This document shows, piece by piece, positions 35,543 through 44,747 of a DNA stretch of 64,000 bases. The stretch comes from Candidatus Omnitrophota bacterium. Lineage in GTDB: Bacteria; Omnitrophota; Gorgyraeia; Gygaellales; Profunditerraquicolaceae. The notes below the pieces were generated by a model, which saw nothing but the letters and a program-made list of their open reading frames with translations, had not been told where the DNA came from and did no database searches. The position numbers and the translations under genes are program-made. Location of the stretch: contig JBAYMG010000002.1 of NCBI GenBank assembly GCA_041663665.1, forward strand, positions 99,509-163,508. Reading direction: 5' to 3'. Positions within the stretch are counted from its first letter, which is position 1. Each line of letters begins with the position of its first letter.

Positions 35543-37057
35543 GTGTTGAAGAAGATTTATCTTAGCCTGGCTTTGGTCTTAAGTGTTGATGCTTGTGCCT
35601 ATGGTTATGAACTTTTGAATACCGAACAATTTACATTATCGCTAGATACTTATTTCCGTACAGATTTAGTAAGTTTTAAAAACGTAGAGAGCCTGAATAG
35701 TCATGATCAGGATGATCATGCTGCGTATTTAGGTATAGATTATAGTTTTGCTTTTAACGCGGATCTTAAAGATTCGGAAAATCAATTTTATCTCAAGCTT
35801 GAGCGTAACGGGCCTTATGATTATAGCGCTCCGCTTTACATACATGATACCTTAATCAACGCCGGTGACAAAATAGCAAGGTATCGCGGTGCCGAACTCC
35901 TGCCGCAGGTTGAGGAATTCTGGATTGATTCTAAACTTTTTGATAATTATAGGGTTAAGACGGGTTTGTATGTTTACGAAGTAGGCAATGGTTTTGCGCT
36001 GAATGGTAATTATGAAAACTACGGGCTTACTTTTTATAAAGAAACTCAGAATTTGATCTGGCGCTTCTATTATTGTAAGCCGGACCTGGTTTATAAGATT
36101 CATGTAGGTCCGGATATAAAACAGGCTCAAGAGCAGGGCCAAAGTTACGAACCTAACGCCGCCAATTTTTTTGCTGCTGATGCTAAAATTATTGCCGGTA
36201 AGCAAACCTTTTGGCCGTATATCGGCATGTTAGCAGACTATACTTCCAGCGGAAAAAGAGATAATCTGTTTGCCGCTCCCATAGAGAGGGATTTTTTGGG
36301 CACTTTGGGCACTGCTTGGCAGTATGATCATGAAAATTTTACTTTAAAATTAGAAGCAGCCCATAATTTTGGAGTTGCTCAAAGCCAGGATAGCAATTAT
36401 AAAGATATTACTCATACCGGGTATATGTTTTATTCCGGTTTAGAGTATGTGTTTGGTAAGTTTGTCCCAGAGTTGCAATTTTTATTTTGTTCTGGGAATA
36501 AAGTTACTTTGGATGAGGCAGGAAATCCTGATACAAAATATGTCAGCGGGAAAAATCGTGCTTTTAGTTATGCTTCTCCCACAAATATGAATTTAAGTGA
36601 TTCGATAAGCAGTAGCAATGCCGATATGCTGCCGATTGTAGCCATGGGTGGGGGAGATGGTTTAAATTATGGGGTACCGCGGCCAAAAACTTTTGCCTCC
36701 GGTGATTTTGAAAATTTAATTATGCCTTCAGTCGGTTTTGATTATAATTTTACCGATCGGCTCATTTTAAGTTTATATGGGTATTATTTAAGGGCTTTTA
36801 ATCGTCCGGTAGGCACTTTAAATGGAGAAGGTAAATATCTTTCCCGGGATTTAGGTTATGAAGCGGATTTATTTGTAGATTATAAAGTAAATCCGCATCT
36901 GATGGTCGGTTTTTTAGGCGGTGTTTTTTTTCCCGGTAAATTTTATAAAGAAAGGCGCGATGACCAAGATGGCAGCCTATTCAGTCCTTATTTGCGCGGT
37001 GATGGTTCGGCAAACAATGCTTATCAAATTGAGCTTTATGCCGAGTTAAAATTTTAA
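35543..37057 (+). CDS. putative outer-membrane beta-barrel protein
   Basis: Signal peptide, alternating beta-strand pattern rich in Tyr/Gly, C-terminal ...YAELKF with terminal Phe. Divergent from the pilin operon. Confidence 0.5.
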   Translation: MLKKIYLSLALVLSVDACAYGYELLNTEQFTLSLDTYFRTDLVSFKNVESLNSHDQDDHAAYLGIDYSFAFNADLKDSENQFYLKLERNGPYDYSAPLYIHDTLINAGDKIARYRGAELLPQVEEFWIDSKLFDNYRVKTGLYVYEVGNGFALNGNYENYGLTFYKETQNLIWRFYYCKPDLVYKIHVGPDIKQAQEQGQSYEPNAANFFAADAKIIAGKQTFWPYIGMLADYTSSGKRDNLFAAPIERDFLGTLGTAWQYDHENFTLKLEAAHNFGVAQSQDSNYKDITHTGYMFYSGLEYVFGKFVPELQFLFCSGNKVTLDEAGNPDTKYVSGKNRAFSYASPTNMNLSDSISSSNADMLPIVAMGGGDGLNYGVPRPKTFASGDFENLIMPSVGFDYNFTDRLILSLYGYYLRAFNRPVGTLNGEGKYLSRDLGYEADLFVDYKVNPHLMVGFLGGVFFPGKFYKERRDDQDGSLFSPYLRGDGSANNAYQIELYAELKF

Positions 37058-37083
37058 ATAACCAAAATTAAGGAGGAATTACC

Positions 37084-37404
37084 ATGATTTCCATTGATGA
37101 TTTTAGGAAGTTGGAGTTGAGAGTAGCAGAGATAAAAGAAGTAAGCGATCATCCTAATGCCGATAAGCTGTTGGTTTTAAAGGTTGATTTGGGTGACCGT
37201 CAAAAACAGGTAGTTGCCGGAATCAAGAATTTTTACTCTAAAGAGGAGTTGGTTGGCAAACAGGTAGTTTTAGTTGATAATTTAGATCCGGTAATTCTGC
37301 GCGGGGTAGAAAGCCAGGGAATGATTTTGGCCGGTTCAGATGAAAGCCTGCTGGCGGTAATTAGCCCGGAAAAAAAATTAAAACTTGGGAGCATTGTTAA
37401 ATGA
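37084..37404 (+). CDS. tRNA-binding domain protein (CsaA / Trbp111 / EMAP-II-like OB fold)
   Basis: LELRVAEIKEVSDHPNADKLLVLKVDLGD...VAGIKNFY...GVESQGMILA matches the Myf tRNA-binding domain; GGAGG RBS. Confidence 0.75.
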   Translation: MISIDDFRKLELRVAEIKEVSDHPNADKLLVLKVDLGDRQKQVVAGIKNFYSKEELVGKQVVLVDNLDPVILRGVESQGMILAGSDESLLAVISPEKKLKLGSIVK

Positions 37405-37913
37405 TTAAACAATTTGTTCCTTCAGATGTTTGTATCAAATGTAAGGGCTGTTGCCGGTTTAAAGAAATAAATTCTGCCTGGAGCCCGTGTTTATTGGATG
37501 AAGAAATCCAGGATTTATTGGATAAAAAAGACATTCCTGTGGCCTCAGTTTCTATTGACCGCCGCATTTGCCCTGTGGCTAATCCGGGTGGCGAATATTT
37601 TCTTTGCCCTTATCTGGATCTGCCGCTTAATCAGTGTAAAGTTTATGATTTGCGGCCGTTCGAATGCCAACTGTACCCTTTTCTAATAAATTTGCGCAAG
37701 GGTAAAGTGCTTTTGACTGTTGATTTAAATTGCCCGTATATTTATGAAAAGATTAATAGTCAGGAGGCTAAGGACTATATTATTTATTTAACCGGTTATC
37801 TTAATTCTCCGAAACAATTAAAAGTCCTTAAAGATAACCCCCAGATTATTCAAGCTTATGAAGAGGTAAGAGAAGTTGCAGAAATTAACCTTAAAAGACC
37901 AGAAACTATTTAA
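37401..37913 (+). CDS. YkgJ-family (UPF0153) Cys-rich Fe-S/Zn-binding protein
   Basis: CIKCKGCCRF (CxxCxxCC) plus a downstream C...C...C pattern; 170 aa. Confidence 0.6.
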   Translation: MIKQFVPSDVCIKCKGCCRFKEINSAWSPCLLDEEIQDLLDKKDIPVASVSIDRRICPVANPGGEYFLCPYLDLPLNQCKVYDLRPFECQLYPFLINLRKGKVLLTVDLNCPYIYEKINSQEAKDYIIYLTGYLNSPKQLKVLKDNPQIIQAYEEVREVAEINLKRPETI

Positions 37914-38766
37914 TCAGTATTTGAATTTAACTTCCCATGATTTGGCAGTTTATTCCTTTGCTAATATTTATATTTGGAAATGCCTCTATGATATCCGCTG
38001 GGAAATAATCGAAAATAGTTTATGTCTATTTTTTCAAGATAAGATAGGCGTTTTTATGTATCTGCCGCCATTGGCAAGGGAGCAAAAACCGAAGGTAATC
38101 CGGGAATCCTTTGCGATTATGGATAGGATTAATAAGAATAAAGATATTTCGCGGATTGAAAATATTGAAGCAGGAGACCTTGAATATTACCGAGTTTTAG
38201 GGTATCTTTGCCATGAGAAATATCCGGACTATCTTTGTTTAAGAGACGATTTAGTCAACCTTAAAGGGAATAAGTTTAAATCTCAACGCGCCGCGTTTAA
38301 TTATTTTACCAAGCATTATAATTTTGATTGCTCTAAATTAAAGCTAAGTGACCGGGCCAGCGTTTTAAATTTATTTAATTTTTGGTTAGAACAACGTAAG
38401 GCCGGGGTCGATGATGACATCTTTTGCGGAATGCTTGAGGATAGCCGTAAAGTAATTAAAGTTGCGTTAGCCAATTATAAGCAGCTAAATTTATCCGGCA
38501 TGGTAATTAGGATCAATAAAACAATTAAAGCTTTCAGTTTTGGTTATAAAATAAACCAGGGTACTTTTTGTATACTTTATGAAATAACCGATCTTTCGAT
38601 TAAAGGGTTAGCCCAATTTATTTTTTGTAAATTTAGCGCTCAACTGGAAGGTTATAAAAATATTAATATTATGGATGATTCAGGTTTAGAGAATTTACGT
38701 AAAACCAAACTTGCCTATAAACCGGTCCGGTTGATTCCGGCTTTTATAGCTATCAGAGATGCCTGA
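37876..38766 (+). CDS. standalone DUF2156 / phosphatidylglycerol lysyltransferase C-terminal-like (aminoacyl-tRNA-dependent transferase fold) protein
   Basis: FANIYIWKCLYDIRWEII, LKGNKFKSQRAAFNYFTKHYNF and the C-terminal DDSGLENLRKTKLAYKPVRL match conserved DUF2156 blocks. Confidence 0.65.
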   Translation: MQKLTLKDQKLFNQYLNLTSHDLAVYSFANIYIWKCLYDIRWEIIENSLCLFFQDKIGVFMYLPPLAREQKPKVIRESFAIMDRINKNKDISRIENIEAGDLEYYRVLGYLCHEKYPDYLCLRDDLVNLKGNKFKSQRAAFNYFTKHYNFDCSKLKLSDRASVLNLFNFWLEQRKAGVDDDIFCGMLEDSRKVIKVALANYKQLNLSGMVIRINKTIKAFSFGYKINQGTFCILYEITDLSIKGLAQFIFCKFSAQLEGYKNINIMDDSGLENLRKTKLAYKPVRLIPAFIAIRDA

Positions 38767-39349
38767 GCATATTGAAGAATTAGAAATTACTATTTTTGAT
38801 ACCGAAACTACCGGGTTGAGACCTGAAGAAGGCCATCGTATAGTTGAGTTGGCGGCTTTGCGAGTTAAGGGTAATCAGAGAATAGCAATCTTTGATGAGC
38901 TGGTTAATCCAAGAAGAGAGATCTCCCCGGGAGCTTTTGCGGTGAACAAAATTACACAGGAGATGTTAAAAGATGCTGCGCAAATAGAGGCAGTAATGCC
39001 TAATTTTTTAGATTTCATTAAAGGCAGCGTTCTTTGTTCATACAATGTGGAGTTTGACCTGAATTTTTTAAAAAATGAACTTAAATTAATTGGTTTGTCA
39101 GCGCTTGATGATTTTATTATTTTTGATGTGCTGACTATGTCCAGAGTGCTTCTACCCGGGCTTACGCGTTATCCACTTTGGTTTGTTGCACAAAAGTTGG
39201 AAATTAAGTCTACACAAAAGCATCGGGCTTTAGCTGATGTAGAGATAACCTGGGAAGTTTTTACTAAGCTTAAAACTATTTGCCAAGAAAAAGGCCTAAC
39301 CAGCCTGCCTAATTTCTTAAACCAGTTTGCTTTTAAGCCTAAGATTTAA
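38759..39349 (+). CDS. DnaQ-like DEDDh 3'-5' exonuclease
   Basis: Exo I ITIFDTETTGL and Exo III HRALADVEIT; 196 aa. Confidence 0.8.
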   Translation: MPEHIEELEITIFDTETTGLRPEEGHRIVELAALRVKGNQRIAIFDELVNPRREISPGAFAVNKITQEMLKDAAQIEAVMPNFLDFIKGSVLCSYNVEFDLNFLKNELKLIGLSALDDFIIFDVLTMSRVLLPGLTRYPLWFVAQKLEIKSTQKHRALADVEITWEVFTKLKTICQEKGLTSLPNFLNQFAFKPKI

Positions 39350-39364
39350 TCCAAAGAGGAGAAA

Positions 39365-41332
39365 ATGAAGTCAAATAATAAAAAGGATAAGCCGGCAGAT
39401 AACAGAAGGTATCTGCGTTTAGATACGGTGTTTCCGGTGCAGTTTCGTCTTGAAACCCCGGATGATAAAGTTCTTTTATCTACCTGGTTGCAGGGGTTTA
39501 CTAATAACGTAAGCTGCGGAGGAATCTGCCTTTTTATCAACAATCCGGATCCTCAGCTGCTTAAGCTGCTTCATGAGAAAAAATTTAAGCTCTCTTTGGA
39601 AATTGATATCCCGATTAGCCGAAAACCTATTCCGGCGTTGGCCAGTATTGTCTGGGTTAGGGATGTCTTGGGGGATACTCGTAAATATTTAATTGGTTTA
39701 AATTATGATCAGATATCAAAAAAACAAAATAGCAAGCTAATGCGTTATGCTTGGTTGAAGAAGCTTTTAGTTCCGACGGCTTTGTCACTGGTGGTAATTT
39801 TGGCTTTAATTCTGGGGGTTAATAGTTACTCTAATTTTAAATTAACTCAAGGCAATAAGCTGTTGGTTGAAAAATTGGCGGTGGTTTTAAGGGATTCAAG
39901 TTTAGCTAAGAAAAAAATAGAAGAGGTTATTGCTGAACGCCAGGATTTCCAGTCGAAATTAAAGATTCTAGAGAAAAATATAAAATCCACGGAGTCGCAA
40001 AAAACACAAATTGAATCTCAAAAGACCCAGGTAGAAATAGGCAGTTTAGTCCAAGTTAACCAGATTAATCAGCTTAATGGTTTGATTGCCGGATTACTAA
40101 AAGAAAAATCTGCTTTAGAGCAAAAACTGAACACTGTCGTAGCCAGCGAGAACATTGCGGTTAAAGAGTTAACTCAGCTGAATGAGAAAAAGGTTGTACT
40201 TGAAAAAGTTAATTTTGATAAGATGTACCAGTGGCTTAAAATCCATCAAAATAAGAGCACCGGTTTAGCTATGAGTTTTGAAGGAGACAAAGAGATTGCC
40301 AACTGGTCATTTACTTATGATTTGGCTTTGCTCGTGCAGGCTTATACCTGGTTTGGAGATGCCGACCGCGCAAAAAGGATCCTGGATTTTTTTGCCCATG
40401 ATGCTAAAAGAGAAAATGGCTGGTTTTTGAATGCCTATTATGTTAATGATGGCGGACCGGCGGAGTTTATCATGCACAGCGGGCCGAATATCTGGATGGG
40501 GTTAGCTGTAATGCAGTATACCCAAAAGACTCAGGACAGGAGTTACTTGGGTTTAGCGGAAAGTATAGCGGATACAATTATTAAAATTCAGAACGAGGAC
40601 CCGGGTGGTGGTATTCGCGGCGGGCCGCAGGTTGAGTGGTATGCTACCGAGCATAATCTTGATGCTTACGCGTTTTTTAATATGTTAGCTAAGGTTACGG
40701 GAAAGAAAATATATTATCAGGCTGCCCAGAAAACGCTGAATTGGATTGTTGATAATACTTATAATCAGAAGGATTTACCGATTAAACGCGGTAAAGGGGA
40801 TTCTACTATTGCTACAGATACTTATGCTTGGTCAGTTGCTGCTATCGGGCCGCAAAAACTAAAAGATTTGGGTATGGATCCGGATAGGATTCTGGAATTC
40901 GTAGAGGAGAACTGCAGTGTTGAGGCAAATTTCATCCGGCCAAATAATCAGAGTGTAAAAATTAAAGGATTCGATTTTGCTCCACAGGCGCACACTGCCC
41001 GGGGAGGCGTGGTATCTTCGGAATGGACCGGACAGATGATTGTTTCCTATAAAATCATGGAAGATTTTTATGCTAAAAAAGGGGATATCGCTAAAGCAAA
41101 TAGTTATAAGAAAAAAGCCGAAATGTATTTAAGTGAATTAGGTAATATGGTTATTTCCAGCTCTTCGCCTTCGGGCCAGGGGCAAGGTTGCCTTCCGTAT
41201 GCCACTCAGCAACATGTAGATACCGGTCACGGTTGGATGACTCCCAGTGGCAGCCATACAGGGTCGGTTTCCGGTACAGCCTATACCCTTTTTGCTTATT
41301 ATGGCCTTAATCCCTTAGAGCTTAAGGAATGA
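39365..41332 (+). CDS. PilZ-domain (c-di-GMP receptor) fusion protein: PilZ, TM, coiled-coil and a C-terminal alpha-rich domain of about 330 aa
   Basis: RRYLR (RxxxR) and NVSCGG (D/NxSxxG) PilZ motifs. TM at about residue 140. Heptad-rich segment at about 170-270. C-terminal Trp/Tyr-rich domain that may have an (alpha/alpha)6 glycosidase-like fold. Confidence 0.7.
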   Translation: MKSNNKKDKPADNRRYLRLDTVFPVQFRLETPDDKVLLSTWLQGFTNNVSCGGICLFINNPDPQLLKLLHEKKFKLSLEIDIPISRKPIPALASIVWVRDVLGDTRKYLIGLNYDQISKKQNSKLMRYAWLKKLLVPTALSLVVILALILGVNSYSNFKLTQGNKLLVEKLAVVLRDSSLAKKKIEEVIAERQDFQSKLKILEKNIKSTESQKTQIESQKTQVEIGSLVQVNQINQLNGLIAGLLKEKSALEQKLNTVVASENIAVKELTQLNEKKVVLEKVNFDKMYQWLKIHQNKSTGLAMSFEGDKEIANWSFTYDLALLVQAYTWFGDADRAKRILDFFAHDAKRENGWFLNAYYVNDGGPAEFIMHSGPNIWMGLAVMQYTQKTQDRSYLGLAESIADTIIKIQNEDPGGGIRGGPQVEWYATEHNLDAYAFFNMLAKVTGKKIYYQAAQKTLNWIVDNTYNQKDLPIKRGKGDSTIATDTYAWSVAAIGPQKLKDLGMDPDRILEFVEENCSVEANFIRPNNQSVKIKGFDFAPQAHTARGGVVSSEWTGQMIVSYKIMEDFYAKKGDIAKANSYKKKAEMYLSELGNMVISSSSPSGQGQGCLPYATQQHVDTGHGWMTPSGSHTGSVSGTAYTLFAYYGLNPLELKE

Positions 41333-41742
41333 AACGCAGGTTAAATTCTATTTTGCTCCGCCTTTATTCTGTTTTTGGCTCGCAGTATTGGTGGCCGGCG
41401 GAAAGCGTTTTTGAGGTAATTGTTGGTGCGATTTTTACTCAAAATACTAGTTGGTTGAATGTCCAGAAGGCTATCGCGGTTCTTAAAGGGAAAAAACTTT
41501 TAAACGCCAGAAAACTTTATAAGTTAAGCCTTAAGGAGCTTGCTAATTTAATTAAAAGTTCCGGATTTTATAATATTAAAGCCGATGCGGATTATTCCAG
41601 TGTCCAGAATATTTTTATGCGTAATCTTAAAACCGACGTAAAATTGTTTAATGAGTATTACGCTCTTTTAGTCAAGCTTGGCAAGGATTATTGCCGTAAA
41701 CAAAATCCTAAATGCCGGATTTGCCCGCTCAATGGTCAATAA
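41329..41742 (+). CDS. minimal HhH-GPD superfamily (EndoIII-like) protein, 137 aa, with a 3-Cys C-terminus
   Basis: WWPAESVFEVIVGAIFTQNTSW N-terminus, an HhH-like LKELANLIKSSGFYNIKA, then CRKQNPKCRICP. Much shorter than Nth. Confidence 0.5.
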   Translation: MKRRLNSILLRLYSVFGSQYWWPAESVFEVIVGAIFTQNTSWLNVQKAIAVLKGKKLLNARKLYKLSLKELANLIKSSGFYNIKADADYSSVQNIFMRNLKTDVKLFNEYYALLVKLGKDYCRKQNPKCRICPLNGQ

Positions 41743-42862
41743 AAAACGTTTAACGAGAACTATTAAAAAATTGATTTCCATAGATTCCCAGAATCCCGGA
41801 GGCAATGAGAGCCGGGTTGCCGGTTTTGTTAAAGCATATTTAAAGAAACTAGGAATTAAAGTTAAAACTTTTGCTTTTAGTGCCAAAAGAGAAAATGTTA
41901 TTGCAATCCTGGAGGGAAAGAAAAACTCAAAGTCGCTTTTAATTACTCCGCACCTGGATACTGTCCCGGCCGGAGGGAGCTGGAAGACAAATCCTTTTTG
42001 CGCCAAAGTTATCGGCAATAAGATTTATGGTTTGGGTGCAACAGATTGCAAAGGCAATTTAGCTAGCGCCTTAGAGGCAATCAATTCGTTAGTTGAAGAC
42101 GGTGTTAAGCTTGATTATCATTTAATTTTTGCTGCTACTGCAGATGAAGAGAGCGGCTCAGAGTTGGGGCTAATTCCCCTGCTTAAGCGTAAGATTTTAA
42201 AAGCAGATGCCGCGGTTGTTTTAGATGCTGATGATTTTGAAATTGTTATTACTCAAAAAGGGTTAATGCATTTAAAGGTGCGTATTTTTGGGAAAAAGGC
42301 TCACGGTGCTTATCCCTGGTTAGGAGTTAATGCCATTGATCTTGCCGCCAAAATAATTGTGGACTTAAAGAAGCAAAATAAAGCTTCGCCTAAAAATAAA
42401 TATCTGCATGGGCCGACGATAAATGTCGGAACGATTAAGGGAGGGGATAAAGTAAATGTGGTTAGTAACTGGTGTGAATTTGAGTTGGATTTTAGGTTTC
42501 TCCCGGGATCAAGCGAGAAAGAGTTGTTAAATTGTTTAAGGAAAACCATCGCCAGGTATACTAATAATTTTAAAATTGAAATCCAAGGAATTCAAAATCC
42601 ATACTATATTGATCCAACCCATCCTTTAGTTAATAGTTTAGTTGCGGCTATGCAGGGTTTGGGGGTTAAGCCGCGCATCAGCGGTTCAGAAGGTGCAACT
42701 GTTATAACTTTCTTTAAGGCTATGGGGATTCCGGCAATTGCCACGGGATTTGGCACAGAGGGGTGTGCGCATATTGCCGATGAATATGTATCTTTGAAAA
42801 ATTTGTATATCGGGGCAAAGGTTCTGGTCGAATTTTTAAAAAAATATAAGTTTAATAACTAA
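41732..42862 (+). CDS. M20-family peptidase (ArgE/DapE-like deacylase)
   Basis: ISIDSQNPGGNE, HLDTVP, GATDCKG and the AATADEESGS metal-site motifs. Start placed at the internal Met to avoid a long overlap with the previous gene. Confidence 0.8.
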   Translation: MVNKKRLTRTIKKLISIDSQNPGGNESRVAGFVKAYLKKLGIKVKTFAFSAKRENVIAILEGKKNSKSLLITPHLDTVPAGGSWKTNPFCAKVIGNKIYGLGATDCKGNLASALEAINSLVEDGVKLDYHLIFAATADEESGSELGLIPLLKRKILKADAAVVLDADDFEIVITQKGLMHLKVRIFGKKAHGAYPWLGVNAIDLAAKIIVDLKKQNKASPKNKYLHGPTINVGTIKGGDKVNVVSNWCEFELDFRFLPGSSEKELLNCLRKTIARYTNNFKIEIQGIQNPYYIDPTHPLVNSLVAAMQGLGVKPRISGSEGATVITFFKAMGIPAIATGFGTEGCAHIADEYVSLKNLYIGAKVLVEFLKKYKFNN

Positions 42863-42882
42863 CATAATCATAGGAGAAAAAT

Positions 42883-43896
42883 ATGGAATCAGTAATCATT
42901 ACTAAGAAGCCTCGGCTTAAAAAACCTTATTTTATTGTTGCTTGGCCGGGTATGGGTGAGGTAGCGGCTAACGCAGCTAATTATTTAATTAACGAGTTAA
43001 AGGCACAGGAGTTTGCGCACATTGTTCCGGAAGAATTTTTTTATCATACCGGTAGCATTATTTCTTCAGGGATACTGGAAATTCCCCTTCTGCCGGAGGG
43101 TAAATTTTATTATTGGAAAAATCCTGCTGCAAGACGTGGCGGGCCCGCCAAGAACTCCGGCGGGAAAACATGCGGAAATGATTTAGTTATTTTTTTAAGT
43201 AATGCCCAGCCGGATTTATCCAAGGCGGATATTTACGCAAAAATAATTATTGGATTGGCTAAAAACCTAAAAACAGAGATGATTGTGAGTTTTGCTTCAA
43301 TGCCTCAGCCGACTGATCACACTCAAGTGCCGGGAGTTTGGCTTGCAGCAACTGATGAAAAAATAAAAGAGAGTTTAAAGAAGTTTAATTTCAACATATT
43401 ACAGCAAGGCCAGATTAGCGGGATGAACGGTTTATTTTTGGGTATGGCTAAAAAAGCAGGGTTAAGAGGGTTTTGTTTGCTCGGAGACATTCCGCTTTAC
43501 ACTATCCAAATCGAAAATCCCAAGGCTTCTGCCGCGGTATTGCAAGCTTTAGGTAAGATATTGTCCTTGTCAATAAATTTGCAGCCGTTACAAGAACAGG
43601 CCAGGGCCATGGAAAATGAAATTAATAAATTGTTAGAGTATTTAAAATTGGGTCCAGCTAGCCAGTCTGCCCCCATTGGTGAGGAAGAAGTTGAATTAAT
43701 CAAGAAAACTTTAAGCCAGCTCACCAAATTGCCTGTTTCGATCAAAGAAAAGATCGAAAAACTTTTTGAAGAAAGCCGGGTTAATATCGCTAAAGCCACG
43801 GAATTAAAAATAGAACTGGATAAGTGGAATGTTTATAAGGAATATGAAGATAAGTTTCTGGATCTTTTCAGGAAAAATACAGATAAAGGAAATTAG
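42883..43896 (+). CDS. PAC2-family protein
   Basis: YFIVAWPGMGEVAANAANYL N-terminus is typical of bacterial PAC2-family proteins; 337 aa; good RBS. Confidence 0.5.
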   Translation: MESVIITKKPRLKKPYFIVAWPGMGEVAANAANYLINELKAQEFAHIVPEEFFYHTGSIISSGILEIPLLPEGKFYYWKNPAARRGGPAKNSGGKTCGNDLVIFLSNAQPDLSKADIYAKIIIGLAKNLKTEMIVSFASMPQPTDHTQVPGVWLAATDEKIKESLKKFNFNILQQGQISGMNGLFLGMAKKAGLRGFCLLGDIPLYTIQIENPKASAAVLQALGKILSLSINLQPLQEQARAMENEINKLLEYLKLGPASQSAPIGEEEVELIKKTLSQLTKLPVSIKEKIEKLFEESRVNIAKATELKIELDKWNVYKEYEDKFLDLFRKNTDKGN

Positions 43897-43899
43897 TCT

Positions 43900-44532
43900 A
43901 TGCCCGGTAAAATAAAAGCCGTCCTTTTTGATCTAGGAAAAGTTTTGATTGATTTTGACCATCGGAGGTCTGCCGAAAGAATATCCGGTTTTTGCTCAAA
44001 AACTCCGGCTGAGATTTATAATCTTTTTTTTGAATCGGAAGCGACGATTGCCTTTGAGGCAGGGAAGATTTCCCCGGAAGATTTCTATCTTAGAGTTAAG
44101 GAAATGCTGGATTTGAAGTTAAGTTTTGAGTCTTTCGGGCCGATCTGGAATGATATTTTCTACTTAAACTCTAACAACCGTTCAGTTTACCGGTTAGTCA
44201 ACACTCTGCGAATCAACTATAAAACTGTCCTTCTTTCTAATATAAATGTTTTGCACTATGAGTATCTAAAAGAGCATTTTCCGGTGTTTGGAGTTTTTGA
44301 TGAGATTTTTCTCTCTTTTCGACTTGGCTTGATTAAACCGGACAAAGAAATTTATAAAAAAGTTATTGCTGAACTAAAAGTTGCCCCGCAGGAAATTTTT
44401 TACACAGACGATCGGAAAGAGTTGGTTGAGGCGGCTAATTCTCTTGGTATAAGGGGGCATCTTTTTGTAAATTTCGATCAATTAATGAATGATATTCAGA
44501 AGGCGGGAATAACTTTCCTCGACGGCAAATAA
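43900..44532 (+). CDS. HAD-superfamily hydrolase
   Basis: Motif I FDLGKVL (DxG variant), and a C-terminal DD motif (YTDDRKE). Confidence 0.7.
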   Translation: MPGKIKAVLFDLGKVLIDFDHRRSAERISGFCSKTPAEIYNLFFESEATIAFEAGKISPEDFYLRVKEMLDLKLSFESFGPIWNDIFYLNSNNRSVYRLVNTLRINYKTVLLSNINVLHYEYLKEHFPVFGVFDEIFLSFRLGLIKPDKEIYKKVIAELKVAPQEIFYTDDRKELVEAANSLGIRGHLFVNFDQLMNDIQKAGITFLDGK

Positions 44533-44747
44533 GACAATAAACTCCTGTTTTTTAGAGCAAAAATTACTTGACAATGCCAATATATTATGGTAAAAAAAGA
44601 ACATAGGTAGAAGATTTTGCATAAATATTTTGGAGGTTTATAAACTAACGTTGAAAAAAATTGGATAGATTCCTAAGGGCTGCTGGAAAATGATTCAAAC
44701 CGGGCCCTTATTTTTTTAAGCAGCGGTAATTTTAAACTAAATTTTAT

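Noticed and set aside
35543-37057. Secretin (PilQ/GspD) next to the pilin operon
   Set aside because: It is too short, with no secretin C-terminal domain or N0/N1 domains. It looks like a generic beta-barrel OMP.
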